Part shown: in pieces, positions 1-15,083 of the stretch
Position numbering within the stretch: the first letter of the stretch is position 1
Layout of the letters: the number at the start of each line of letters is the position of its first letter
NCBI GenBank assembly: GCA_964016885.1
Contig: OZ024744.1
Span: forward strand, 110,360,001 to 110,424,000
Reading direction: 5' to 3'
DNA: 64,000 bases
Source: Eledone cirrhosa
Taxonomy: Eukaryota
Position numbers and translations under genes: made by a program
Notes under the pieces: model-generated
The model's input: only the letters and a program-made list of their open reading frames with translations
Databases searched by the model: none
What the model was told of the DNA's origin: nothing

Positions 1-3000
1 CACTATAACTTACCTTGACCTGAACAGAGTAAAACTACACAATCCACTATAACTTACCTTGACCTGAACAGAGTAAAACTACACAATCCACTATAACTTA
101 CCTTGACCTGAACAGAGTAAAACTACACAATCCACTATAACTTACCTTGACCTGAACAGAGTAAAACTACACAATCCACTATAACTTACCTTGCCCTGAA
201 CACAGTAAAACTACACAATCCACTATAACTTACCTTGACCTGAACAGAGTAAAACTACACAATCCACTATAACTTACCTTGCACTGAAAACGGTAAAACT
301 ACACAACCCACTATAACTTACCTTGCCCTGAACATAGTAAAAGAACGTAATCCACTATAACTTACCTTCCTTTGAACACAGTAAAACTACACAATCCACT
401 ATAATTTACCTTGCCCTGAACACAGTAAAACTACAAGATCCACTATAACTTACCTTGCTCTGAACACAGTAAAACTACATAATCCACTATAACTTACCTT
501 GCCCTGAACACAGTAAAACTAACACAATCGACTATAACTTACCTTGCCCTGAACACAGTAAAACTACACAATCGACTATAACCTACCTTGCCCTGAACAC
601 AGTAAAACTACACAATCCACTATAAATTACGTTGCCCTGAACATACTAAAACTACACAATCTTCTATAACTTACCTTGCCCTGAACACAGTAAAACTACA
701 CAATCCACTATAACTTTCCTTGCCCTGAACACAGTAAAACTACACAACCCACTATAACATACCTTGCCCTGAACACAGTAAAACTACACAATCCACTGTA
801 ACTTACCTTGCCCTGAACACAGTAAAACTACACAATCCACTATAACTTACCTTGCCCTGAACACAGTAAAACTGCATAATCCACTATAACTTACCTTGCC
901 CTGAACACAGTAAAACTACACAATCCACTATAACTTACCTTGCCCTGAACACAGTAAAACTACACAATCCACTATAAATTACCTTGCCCTGAACACAGTA
1001 AAACTACACAATCCACTATAACTTACCTTGCCCTGAACACAGTAAAACTACACAATCCACTATAACTTACCTTGCCCTGAACACTGTAAAACTACATAAT
1101 CCACTATAACTTACCTTGCCCTGAAACAGTAAAACTACACAAACCACTATAACTTACCTTGCCCTGAACACAGTAAAACTACACGATCCACTATAACTTA
1201 CCTTGCCTTGAACACAGTAACACTACACGATCCACTATAACTTACCTTGCCCTGAACACAGTAAAACTACACAATCCACTATAACTAACCTTGCTCTGAA
1301 CACAGTAAAACTACACAATCCACTATAACTTACCTTGCCCTGAACACAGTAAAACTACACAATCCACTATAACTAACCTTGCTCTGAACACAGTAAAACT
1401 ATACAATCCACCATAACTTACCTTGCCCTGAACACAGTAAAACTACACAATCCACTATAACTTACCTTGACCTGAACAGAGTAAAACTACACAATCCACT
1501 ATAACTTACCTTGCCCTGAACACACTAAAACTACACAATCCACTATAACTTACCTTGCACTGAACACAGTAAAACTACACAACCCACTATAACTTACCTT
1601 GCTCTGAACACAGTAAAATTACACAATCCACTATAACTTACCTTGCCCTGAACATAGTAAAAGAACGTAATCCACTATAACTTACCTTCCTTTGAACACA
1701 GTAAAACTACACAATCCACTATAATTTACCTTGCCCTGAACACAGTAAAACTACAAGATCCACTATAACTTACCTTGCCCTGAACACAGTAAAACTGCAT
1801 AATCCACTATAACTTACCTTGCCCTGAACACAGTAAAACTACACAATCCACTATAACTTACCTTGCCCTGAACACAGTAAAACTATACAATCCACTATAA
1901 ATTACCTTGCCCTGAACACAGTAAAACTACACAATCCACTATAACTTACCTTGCCCTGAACACAGTAAAACTACACAATCCACTATAACTTACCTTGCCC
2001 TGAACACTGTAAAACTACATAATCCACTATAACTTACCTTGCCCTGAAACAGTAAAACTACACAAACCACTATAACTTACCTTGCCCTGAACACAGTAAA
2101 ACTACACAATCCACTATAACTTACCTTGCCCTGAACACAGTAAAACTACACGATCCACTATAAATTACCTTGCCCTGAAAACAGTAAAACTACACAATCC
2201 ACTATAACTAACCTTGATCTGAACACAGTAAAACTACACAATCCACTATAACTTACCTTGTCCTGAACACACTAAAACTACACAATCCACTATAACTTAA
2301 CTGGCCCTCAACACAGTAAAACTACACAATCCACTATAACTTAGCTTGCACTGAACACAGTAAAACTACACAATCCACTATAACTTACCTTGCCCGGAAC
2401 ACAGTAAAACTACACAATCCACTTCAACTTACCTTGCTCTGAACACAGTAAAACTACACAATCCACTATAACTTACCTTGCCCTGAACACAGTAAAATTA
2501 CACAATCCACTATAACTAACCTTGCCCTGAACACAGTAAAACTACACAATCCACTATAACTTACTTTGCTCTGAACACAGTAAAACTACACAATCCACCT
2601 TAACTTACCTTGCTCTGAACACAGTAAAACTACACAATCCACTATAACTTACCTTGCCCTGAACACAGTAAAATTACACAATCCACTATAACTTACCTTG
2701 CCCTGAACACAGTAAATCTACATAATCCACTATAACTTAACATGCTCTGAACACAGTAAAACTACACAACCCACTATAACTTACCTTGCCTTGAACACAG
2801 TAAAACTACACATTCCACAATAACTTACCTTGCCCTGAACATAGTAAAACTACGTAATCCACTATAACTTACCTTCCTCTAAACACAGTAAAACTACACA
2901 ATCCACTATAACTTACCTTGCCCAGAACACAGAAAAACTACGTAATCCACTATAACTTACCTTGCCTTGAACAGAGTAAAACTACACAATCCACTATAAC

Positions 3001-3699
3001 TTACCTTGCCCTGAACACAGTAAAACTACACAATCCACTATAACTTACCCTGCCCTGAACACAGTAAAACTACACAATCCACTATAACTTACCTTGCCCT
3101 GAACACAGTAAAACTATACAATCCACCATAATTTACCTTGCCCTGAACACAGTAAAACTACACAATCCACTATAACTTACCTTGACCTGAACAGAGTAAA
3201 ACTACACAATCCACTATAACTTACCTTGCCCTGAACACACTAAAACTACACAATCCACTATAACTTACCTTGACCTGAACAGAGTAAAACTACACAATCC
3301 ACTATAACTTACCTTGCACTGAAAACAGTAAAACTACACAACCCACTATAACTTACCTTGCCCTGAACATAGTAAAAGAACGTAATCCACTATAACTTAC
3401 CTTCCTTTGAACACAGTAAAACTACACAATCCACTATAATTTACCTTGCCCTGAACACAGTAAAACTACAAGATCCACTATAACTTACCTTGCTCTGAAC
3501 ACAGTAAAACTACATAATCCACTATAACTTACCTTGCCCTGAACACAGTAAAACTAACACAATCCACTATAACTTACCTTGCCCTGAACACAGTAAAACT
3601 ACACAATCCACTATAACTTACCTTGCCCTGAACACAGTAAAACTACACAATCCACTATAAATTACGTTGCTCTGAACACAGTAAAACTACATAAACCAC

Positions 3700-5095
3700 T
3701 ATAACTTACCTTGCCCTGAACACACTAAAACTACACAATCCACTATAACTTACCTTGACCTGAACAGAGTAAAACTACACAATCCACTATAACTTACCTT
3801 GCACTGAACACAGTAAAACTACACAATCCACTATAACTAACCTTGCTCGGAACACAGTAAAACTATACAATCCACCATAACTTACCTTGCCCTGAACACA
3901 GTAAAACTACACAATCCACTATAACTTACCTTGCCCTGAACAGAGTAAAACTACACAATCCACTATAACTTACCTTGCCCTGAACACAGTAAAACTACAT
4001 AATCCACTATAACTTAACATGCTCTGAACACAGTGAAACTACACAACCCACTATAACTTACCTTGCCTTGAACACAGTAAAACTACACAATCCACTATAA
4101 CTTACCTTGCCTTGAACACAGTAAAACTACACAATCCACAATAACTTACCTTGCCCTGAACATAGTAAAACTACGTAATCCACTATAACTTACCATCCTC
4201 TAAACACAGTAAAACTACACAATCCACTATAACCTACCTTGCCCAGAACACAGTAAAACTACGTAATCCACTATAACTTACCTTGCCCTGAACACAGTAA
4301 AACTACACAATCCACTATAATTTACCTTGCCCTGAACACAGTAAAACTACACAATCCACTATAACTTACCTTGCTCTGAACACAGTAAAACTACTCAATC
4401 CACAATAACTTACCTTGCCCTGAACACACTAAAACTACACAATCCACTATAACTTACCTTGACCTGAACAGAGTAAAACTACACAATCCACTATAACTTA
4501 CCTTGCACTGAACACAGTAAAACTACACAATCCATTATAACTAACCTTGCTCGGAACACAGTAAAACTATACAATCCACCATAACTTACCTTGCCCTGAA
4601 CACAGTAAAACTACACCATCCACTATAACTTACCTTGCCCTGAACAGAGTAAAACTACACAATCCACTATAACTTACCTTGCCCTGAACACAGTAAAACT
4701 ACATAATCCACTATAACTTAACATGCTCTGAACACAGTGAAACTACACAACCCACTATAACTTACCTTGCCTTGAACACAGTAAAACTACACAATCCACT
4801 ATAACTTACCTTGCCTTGAACACAGTAAAACTACACAATCCACAATAACTTACCTTGCCCTGAACATAGTAAAACTACGTAATCCACTATAACTTACCAT
4901 CCTCTAAACACAGTAAAACTACACAATCCACTATAACTTACCTTGCCCAGAACACAGTAAAACTACGTAATCCACTATAACTTACCTTGCCCTGAACACA
5001 GTAAAACTACACAATCCACTATAATTTACCTTGCCCTGAACACAGTAAAACTACACAATCCACTATAACTTACCTTGCTCTGAACACAGTAAAAC
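3700..5095. repeat. Higher-order tandem duplication, 704 bp (16 monomers)
   Basis: Rare variant TACCATCCTCTAAAC at 4191 and 4895 (offset 704 = 16x44), with the same order of flanking variants (gctcgg, cagtgaaac, cccag). Ends approximate. Confidence 0.85.
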
Positions 5096-8000
5096 TACAC
5101 AACCCACTGTAACATACCTTGCCCTGAACACAGTAAAACTACACAATCCACTGTAACTTACCTTGCCCTGAACACAGTAAAACTACACAATCCACTATAA
5201 CTTACCTTGCCCTGAACACAGTAAAACTGCATAATCCACTATAACTTACCTTGCCCTGAACACAGTAAAACTACACAATCCACTATAACTTACCTTGCCC
5301 TGAACACAGTAAAACTACACAATCCACTATAAATTACCTTGCCCTGATCACAGTAAAACTACACAATCCACTATAACTTACATTGCCCTGAACACAGTAA
5401 AACTACACAATCCACTATAACTTACCTTGCCCTGAACACTGTAAAACTACATAATCCACTATAACTTACCTTGCCCTGAAACAGTAAAACTACACAAACC
5501 ACTATAACTTACCTTGCCCTGAACACAGTAAAACTACACGATCCACTATAACTTACCTTGCCCTGAACACAGTAAAACTACACAATCCACTATAACTTAC
5601 CTTGCCCTGAACACAGTAAAACTACACAATCCACTATAACTCACCTTGCCCTGAACACAGTAAAACTACACAATCCACTATAACTAACCTTGCTCTGAAC
5701 ACAGTAAAACTATACAATCCACCATAACTTACCTTGCCCTGAACACAGTAAAACTACACAATCCACTATAACTTACCTTGCTCTGAACACAGTAAAACTA
5801 CACAATCCACTATAACTTACCTTGCCCTGAACACAGTAAAACTACACAATCCACTATAACTAACCTTGCTCTGAACACAGTAAAACTATACAATCCACCA
5901 TAACTTACCTTGCCCTGAACACAGTAAAACTACACAATCCACTATAACTTACCTTGCTCTGAACACAGTAAAACTACACAATCCACTATAACTAACCTTG
6001 CTCTGAACACAGTAAAACTATACAATCCACCATAACTTACCTTGCTCTGAACACAGTAAAACTACACAATCCACTATAACTTACCTTGCCCTGAACATAG
6101 TAAAAGAACGTAATCCACTATAACTTACCTTCCTTTGAACACAGTAAAACTACACAATCCACTATAATTTACCTTGCCCTGAACACAGTAAAACTACAAG
6201 ATCCACTATAACTTACCTTGCTCTGAACACAGTAAAACTACATAATCCACTATAACTTACCTTGCCCTGAACACAGTAAAACTAACACAATCCACTATAA
6301 CTTACCTTGCCCTGAACACAGTAAAAGTACACAATCCACTATAAATTACGTTGCCCTGAACATACTAAAACTACACAATCTTCTATAACTTACCTTGCCC
6401 TGAACACAGTAAAACTACACAATCCACTGTAACTTACCTTGCCCTGAACACAGTAAAACTACACAATCCACTATAACTTACCTTGCCTTGAACACAGTAA
6501 AACTGCATAATCCACTATAACTTACCTTGCCCTGAACACAGTAAAACTACACAATCCACTATAACTTACCTTGCCCTGAACACAGTAAAACTACACAATC
6601 CACTATAAATTACCTTGCCCTGAACACAGTAAAACTACACAATCCACTATAACTTACCTTGCCCTGAACACAGTAAAACTACACAATCCACGATAACTTA
6701 CCTTGCCCTGAACACTGTAAAACTACATAATCCACTATAACTTACCTTGCCCTGAAACAGTAAAACTACACAAACTACTATAACTTACCTTGCCCTGAAC
6801 ACAGTAAAACTACACAATCCACTATAACTTACCTTGCCCTGAACACAGTAAAACTACACAATCCACTATAACTAACCTTGACCTGAACACAGTAAAACTA
6901 CACAATCCACTATAACTTACCTTGTCCTGAACACACTAAAACTACACAATCCACAATAACTTAACTGGCCCTGAACACAGTAAAACTACACAATCCACTA
7001 TAACTTAGCTTGCACTGAACACAGTAAAACTACACAATCCACTATAACTTACCTTGCCCTGAACACAGTAAAACTACACAATCCACTTCAACTTACCTTG
7101 CTCTGAACACAGTAAAACTACACAATCCACTATAACTTACCTTGCCCTGAACACAGTAAAATTACACAATCCACTATAACTAACCTTGCCCTGAACACAG
7201 TAAAACTACACAATCCACTCTAACTTACTTTGCTCTGAACACAGTAAAACTACACAATCCACCTTAACTTACCTTGCTCTGAACACAGTAAACCTACACA
7301 ATCCACTTCAACTTACCTTGCTCTGAACACAGTAAAACTACACAATCCACTATAACTTACCTTGCCCTGTACACAGTAAAATTACACAATCCACTATAAC
7401 TTACCTTGCCCTGAACACAGTAAAACTACATAATCCACTATAACTTAACATGCTCTGAACACAGTAAAACTACACAACCCACTATAACTTACCTTGCCTT
7501 GAACACAGTAAAACTACACATTCCACAATAACTTACCTTGCCCTGAACATAGTAAAACTACGTAATCCACTATAACTTACCTTCCTCTAAACACAGTAAA
7601 ACTACACAATCCACTATAACTTACCTTGCCCAGAACACAGTAAAACTACGTAATCCACTATAACTTAGCTTGCCCTGAACAGAGTAAAACTACACAATCC
7701 ACTATAACTTACCTTGCCCTGAACACAGTAAAACTACACAATCCACTATAACTTACCCTGCCCTGAACACAGTAAAACTACACAATCCACTATAACTTAC
7801 CTTGCCCTGAACATAGTAAAACTACACAATCCACTATAACTTACCTTGCCCTGAACACAGTAAAACTACACGATCCACTATAACTTACCTTGCCCTGAAC
7901 ACAGTAAAACTACACGATACACTATAACTTACCTTGCCCTGAACAGAGTAAAACTACACAATCCACTATAACTTACCTTGCCCTGAACACAGTAAAACTA

Positions 8001-11000
8001 CAAGATCCACTATAACTTACCTTGCTCTGAACACAGTAAAACTACATAATCCACTATAACTTACCTTGCCCTGAACACAGTAAAACTAACACTATGCACT
8101 ATAACTTACCTTGCCCTGAACACAGTAAAACTACACAATCCACTATAAATTACGTTGCCCTGAACATACTAAAACTACACAATCTTCTATAACTTACCTT
8201 GCCCTGAACACAGTAAAACTACACAATCCACTGTAACTTACCTTGCCCTGAACACAGTAAAACTACACAATCCACTATAACTTACCTTGCCCTGAACACA
8301 GTAAAACTGCATAATCCACTATAACTTATCTTGCCCTGAACACAGTAAAACTACACAATCCACTATAACTTACCTTGCCCTGAACACAGTAAAACTACAC
8401 GATCCACTATAAATTACCTTGCCCTGAACACAGTAAAACTACACAATCCACTATAACTTACCTTGCCCTGAACACAGTAAAACTACACAATCCACTATAA
8501 CTTACCTTGCCCTGAACACTGTAAAACTACATAATCCACTATAACTTACCTTGCCCTGAAACAGTAAAACTACACAAACCACTATAACTTACCTTGCCCT
8601 GAACACAGTAAAACTACACAATCCACTATAACTTACCTTGCCCTGAACACAGTAAAACTACACGATCCACTATAACTTACCTTGCCCTGAACACAGTAAA
8701 ACTACACAATCCACTATAACTAACCTTGCTCTGAACACAGTAAAACTATACAATCCACCATAACTTACCTTGCCCTGAACACAGTAAAACTACACAATCC
8801 ACTATAACTTACCTTGACCTGAACAGAATAAAACTACACAATCCACTATAACTTACCTTGCACTGGACACAGTAAAACTACACAACCCACTATAACTTAC
8901 CTTGCCCTGAACACACTAAAACTACACAATCCACTATAACTTACCTTGCACTGGACACAGTAAAACTACACAACCCACTATAACTTACCTTGCCCTGAAC
9001 ACACTAAAACTACACAATCCACTATAACTTACCTTGCCCTGAATACAGTAAAATTACACAATCCACTATAACTTACCTTGCCCTGAACACAGTAAAACTA
9101 CATAATCCACTATAACTTAACATGCTCTGAACACAGTAAAACTACACAACCCACTATAACTTACCTTGCCTTGAACACAGTAAAACTACACAATCCACAA
9201 TAACTTACCTTGCCCTGAACATAGTAAAACTACGTAATCCACTATAACTTACCTTCCTCTAAACACAGTAAAACTACACAATCCACTATAACTTACCTTG
9301 CCCAGAACACAGTAAAACTACGTAATCCACTATAACTTACCTTGCCCTGAACACAGTAAAACTACACAATCCACTATAATTTACCTTGCCCTGAACACAG
9401 TAAAACTACACAATCCACTATAACTTACCTTGCTCTGAACACAGTAAAACTACATAATCCACTATAACTTACCTTGCCCTGAACACAGTAAAACTAACAT
9501 AATCCACTATAACTTACCTTGCCCTGAACACAGTAAAACTACACAATCCACTATAACTTACCTTGCCCTGAACACAGTAAAACTACACAATCCACTATAA
9601 CTTACCTTGCCCTGAACACAGAAAAACTACACAATCCACTATATCTAACCTTGCTCGGAACACAGTAAAACTATACAATCCACCATAACTTACCTTGCCC
9701 TGAACACAGTAAAACTACACAATCCACTATAACTTACCTTGACCTGAACAGAGTAAAACTACACAATCCACTATAACTTACCTTGCACTGAAAACAGTAA
9801 AACTACACAACCCACTATAACTTACCTTGCCCTGAACATAGTAAAAGAACGTAATCCACTATAACTTACCTTACTTTGAACACAGTAAAACTACACAATC
9901 CACTATAATTTACCTTGCCCTGAACACAGTAAAACTACAAGATCCACTATAACTTACCTTGCTCTGAACACAGTAAAACTACATAATCCACTATAACTTA
10001 CCTTGCCCTGAACACAGTAAAACTAACACAATCCACTATAACTTACCTTGCCCTGAACACAGTAAAACTACACAATCCACTATAACTTACCTTGCCCTGA
10101 ACACAGTAAAACTACACAATCCACTATAAATTACGTTGCGCTGAACATACTAAAACTACACAATCTTCTATAACTTACCTTGCCCTGAACACACTAAAAC
10201 TACACAATCCACTATAACTTTCCTTGCCCTGAACAGAGTAACACTACACAACCCACTATAACATACCTTGCCCTGAACACAGTAAAACTACACAATCCAC
10301 TGTAACTTACCTTGCCCTGAACACAGTAAAAATTCATAATCCACTATAACTTACCTTGCCCTGAATACAGTAAAACTACACGATCCACTATAACTTACCT
10401 TGCCCTGAACACAGTAAAACTACACAATCCACTATAACTCACCTTGCCCTGAACACAGTAAAACTACACAATCCACTATAACTAACCTTGCTCTGAACAC
10501 AGTAAAACTATACAATCCACCATAACTTACCTTGCCCTGAACACAGTAAAACTACACAATCCACTATAACTTACCTTGCTCTGAACACAGTAAAACTACA
10601 CAATCCACTATAACTTACCTTGCCCTGAACACAGTAAAACTACACAATCCACTATAACTAACCTTGCTCTGAACACAGTAAAACTATACAATCCACCATA
10701 ACTTACCTTGCCCTGAACACAGTAAAACTACACAATCCACTATAACTTACCTTGACCTGACCAGAGTAAAACAACACAATCCACTATAACTTACCTTGCC
10801 CTGAACACACTAAAACTACACAATCCACTATAACTTACCTTGCACTGAAAACAGTAAAACTACACAACCCACTATAACTTACCTTGCTCTGAACACAGTA
10901 AAACTACACAATCCACTATAACTTACCTTGCCCTGAACATAGTAAAAGAACGTAATCCACTATAACTTACCTTCCTTTGAACACAGTAAAACTACACAAT

Positions 11001-11984
11001 CCACTATAATTTACCTTGCCCTGAACACAGTAAAACTACAAGATCCACTATAACTTACCTTGCTCTGAACACAGTAAAACTACATAATCCACTATAACTT
11101 ACCTTGCCCTGAACACAGTAAAACTAACACAATCCACTATAACTTACCTTGCCCTGAACACAGTAAAAGTACACAATCCACTATAAATTACGTTGCCCTG
11201 AACATACTAAAACTACACAATCTTCTATAACTTACCTTGCCCTGAACACAGTAAAACTACACAATCCACTGTAACTTACCTTGCCCTGAACACAGTAAAA
11301 CTACACAATCCACTATAACTTACCTTGCCCTGAACACAGTAAAACTGCATAATCCACTATAACTTACCTTGCCCTCAACACAGTAAAACTACACAATCCA
11401 CTATAACTTACCTTGCCCTGAACACAGTAAAACTACACAATCCACTATAAATTACCTTGCCCTGAACACAGTAAAACTACACAATCCACTATAACTTACC
11501 TTGCCCTGAACACAGTAAAACTACACAATCCACTATAACTCACCTTGCCCTGAACACTGTAAAACTACATAATCCACTATAACTTACCTTGCCCTGAAAC
11601 AGTAAAACTACACAAACCACTATAACTTACCTTGCCCTGAACACAGTAAAACTACACAATCCACTATAACTTACCTTGTCCTGAACACAGTAAAACTACA
11701 CAATCCACTATAACTAACCTTGACCTGAACACAGTAAAACTACACAATCCACTATAACTTACCTTGTCCTGAACACACTAAAACTACACAATCCACTATA
11801 ACTTAACTGGCCCTGAACACAGTAAAACTACACAATCCACTATAACTTAGCTTGCACTGAACACAGTAAAACTACACAATCCACTATAACTTACCTTGCC
11901 CTGAACACAGTAAAACTACACAATCCACTTCAACTTACCTTGCTCTGAACACAGTAAAGCTACACAATCCACTATAACTTAACT

Positions 11985-14900
11985 TGCCCTGAACACAGTA
12001 AAATTACACAATCCACTATAACTAACCTTGCCCTGAACACGGTAACACTACACAATTCACTCTAACTTACCTTGCCCAGAACAAAGTATAACTACGTAAT
12101 CCACTATACCTTACCTTGCCCTGAACACAGTCAAATTACACAATCCACTATAACTTACCTTGCTCTGAACACAGTAAACCTACACAATCCACTTCAACTT
12201 ACCTTGCTCTGAACACATTAAAACTACACAATCCACTATAACTTACCTTGCCCTGAACACAGTAAAATTACACAATCCACTATAACTTACCTTGCCCTGA
12301 ACACAGTAAAACTACATAATCCACTATAACTTAACATGCTCTGAACACAGTAAAACTACACAACCCACTATAACTTACCTTGCCTTGAACACAGTAAAAC
12401 TACACATTCCACAATAACTTACCTTGCCCTGAACATAGTAAAACTACGTAATCAACTATAACTTACCTTCCTCTAAACACAGTAAAACTACACAATCCAC
12501 TATAACTTACCTTGCCCAGAACACAGTAAAACTACGTAATCCACTATAACTTACCTTGCCCTGAACAGAGTAAAACTACACAATCCACTATAACTTACCT
12601 TGCCCTGAACACAGTAAAACTACACAATCCACTATAACTTACCCTGCCCTGAACACAGTAAAACTACACAATCCACTATAACTTACCTTGCCCTGAACAT
12701 AGTAAAACTACACAATCCACTATAACTTACCTTGCCCTGAACACAGTAAAACTACACGATCCACTATAACTTACCTTGCCCTGAACACAGTAAAACTACA
12801 CGATACACTATAACTTACCTTGCCCTGAACACAGTAAAACTACACAATCCACTATAACTTACCTTGCCCTGAACACAGTAAAACTACAAGATCCACTATA
12901 ACTTACCTTGCTCTGAACACAGTAAAACTACATAATCCACTATAACTTACCTTGCCCTGAACACAGTAAAACTAACACAATGCACTATAACTTACCTTGC
13001 CCTGAACACAGTAAAACTACACAATCCACTATAAATTACGTTGCCCTGAACGTACTAAAACTACACAATCTTCTATAACTTACCTTGCCCTGAACACAGT
13101 AAAACTACACAATCCACTGTAACTTACCTTGCCCTGAACACAGTAAAACTACACAATCCACTATAACTTACCTTGCCCTGAACACAGTAAAACTGCATAA
13201 TCCACTATAACTTACCTTGCCCTGAACACAGTAAAACTACACAATCCACTATAACTTACCTTGCCCTGAACACAATAAAACTACACGATCCACTATAAAT
13301 TACCTTGCCCTGAACACAGTAAAACTACACAATCCACTATAACTTACCTTGCCCTGAACACAGTAAAACTACACAATCCACTATAACTTACCTTGCCCTG
13401 AACACTGTAAAACTACATAATCCACTATAACTTACCTTGCCCTGAAACAGTAAAACTACACAATCCACTATAACTTACCTTGCCCTGAACACAGTAAAAC
13501 TACACGATCCACTATAACTTACCTTGCCCTGAACACAGTAAAATTACACAATCCACTATAACTAACCTTGCCCTGAACACGGTAACACTACACAATTCAC
13601 TCTAACTTACCTTGCCCAGAACAAAGTATAACTACGTAATCCACTATACCTTACCTTGCCCTGAACACAGTCAAATTACACAATCCACTATAACTTACCT
13701 TGCTCTGAACACAGTAAACCTACACAATCCACTTCAACTTACCTTGCTCTGAACACAGTAAAACTACACAATCCACTATAACTTACCTTGCCCTGAACAC
13801 AGTAAAATTACACAATCCACTATAACTTACCTTGCCCTGAACACAGTAAAACTACATAATCCACTATAACTTAACATGCTCTGAACACAGTAAAACTACA
13901 CAACCCACTATAACTTACCTTGCCTTGAACACAGTAAAACTACACATTCCACAATAACTTACCTTGCCCTGAACATAGTAAAAGTACGTAATCAACTATA
14001 ACTTACCTTCCTCTAAACACAGTAAAACTACACAATCCACTATAACTTACCTTGCCCAGAACACAGTAAAACTACGTAATCCACTATAACTTACCTTGCC
14101 CTGAACAGAGTAAAACTACACAATCCACTATAACTTACCTTGCCCTGAACACAGTAAAACTACACAATCCACTATAACTTACCCTGCCCTGAACACAGTA
14201 AAACTACACAATCCACTATAACTTACCTTGCCCTGAACATAGTAAAACTACACAATCCACTATAACTTACCTTGCCCTGAACACAGTAAAACTACACGAT
14301 CCATTATAACTTACCTTGCCCTGAACACAGTAAAACTACACGATACACTATAACTTACCTTGCCCTGAACACAGTAAAACTACACAATCCACTATAACTT
14401 ACCTTGCCCTGAACACAGTAAAACTACAAGATCCACTATAACTTACCTTGCTCTGAACACAGTAAAACTACATAATCCACTATAACTTACCTTGCCCTGA
14501 ACACAGTAAAACTAACACAATGCACTATAACTTACCTTGCCCTGAACACAGTAAAACTACACAATCCACTATAAATTACGTTGCCCTGAACGTACTAAAA
14601 CTACACAATCTTCTATAACTTACCTTGCCCTGAACACAGTAAAACTACACAATCCACTGTAACTTACCTTGCCCTGAACACAGTAAAACTACACAATCCA
14701 CTATAACTTACCTTGCCCTGAACACAGTAAAACTGCATAATCCACTATAACTTACCTTGCCCTGAACACAGTAAAACTACACAATCCACTATAACTTACC
14801 TTGCCCTGAACACAATAAAACTACACGATCCACTATAAATTACCTTGCCCTGAACACAGTAAAACTACACAATCCACTATAACTTACCTTGCCCTGAACA

Positions 14901-15083
14901 CAGTAAAACTACACAATCCACTATAACTTACCTTGCCCTGAACACTGTAAAACTACATAATCCACTATAACTTACCTTGCCCTGAAACAGTAAAACTACA
15001 CAATCCACTATAACTTACCTTGCCCTGAACACAGTAAAACTACACGATCCACTATAACTTACCTTGCCCTGAACACAGTAAAA
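11985..15083. repeat. Higher-order tandem duplication, 1540 bp (35 monomers)
   Basis: Private markers GGTAACACTACACAATTCAC at 12041/13581 and CGTACTAAAA at 13051/14591, both offset 1540 = 35x44. Ends approximate. Confidence 0.9.

Noticed and set aside
1323-1329. TATA-box or -10 promoter (CTATAA, variants TATAAAT/TATAAT)
   Set aside because: It is a short AT-rich motif repeated only as part of the monomer, with no gene or other promoter context.
1328-1337. U1 snRNA gene or pseudogene array
   Set aside because: Only the 8-nt ACTTACCT matches. There are no U1 stem-loops or downstream body.
1330-1352. Hairpin, terminator or G-quadruplex
   Set aside because: There is only a 4-bp inverted match (TTAC/GTAA). 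The minus strand has a single GGG run and short GG runs per 44 nt, which is not a canonical G4.
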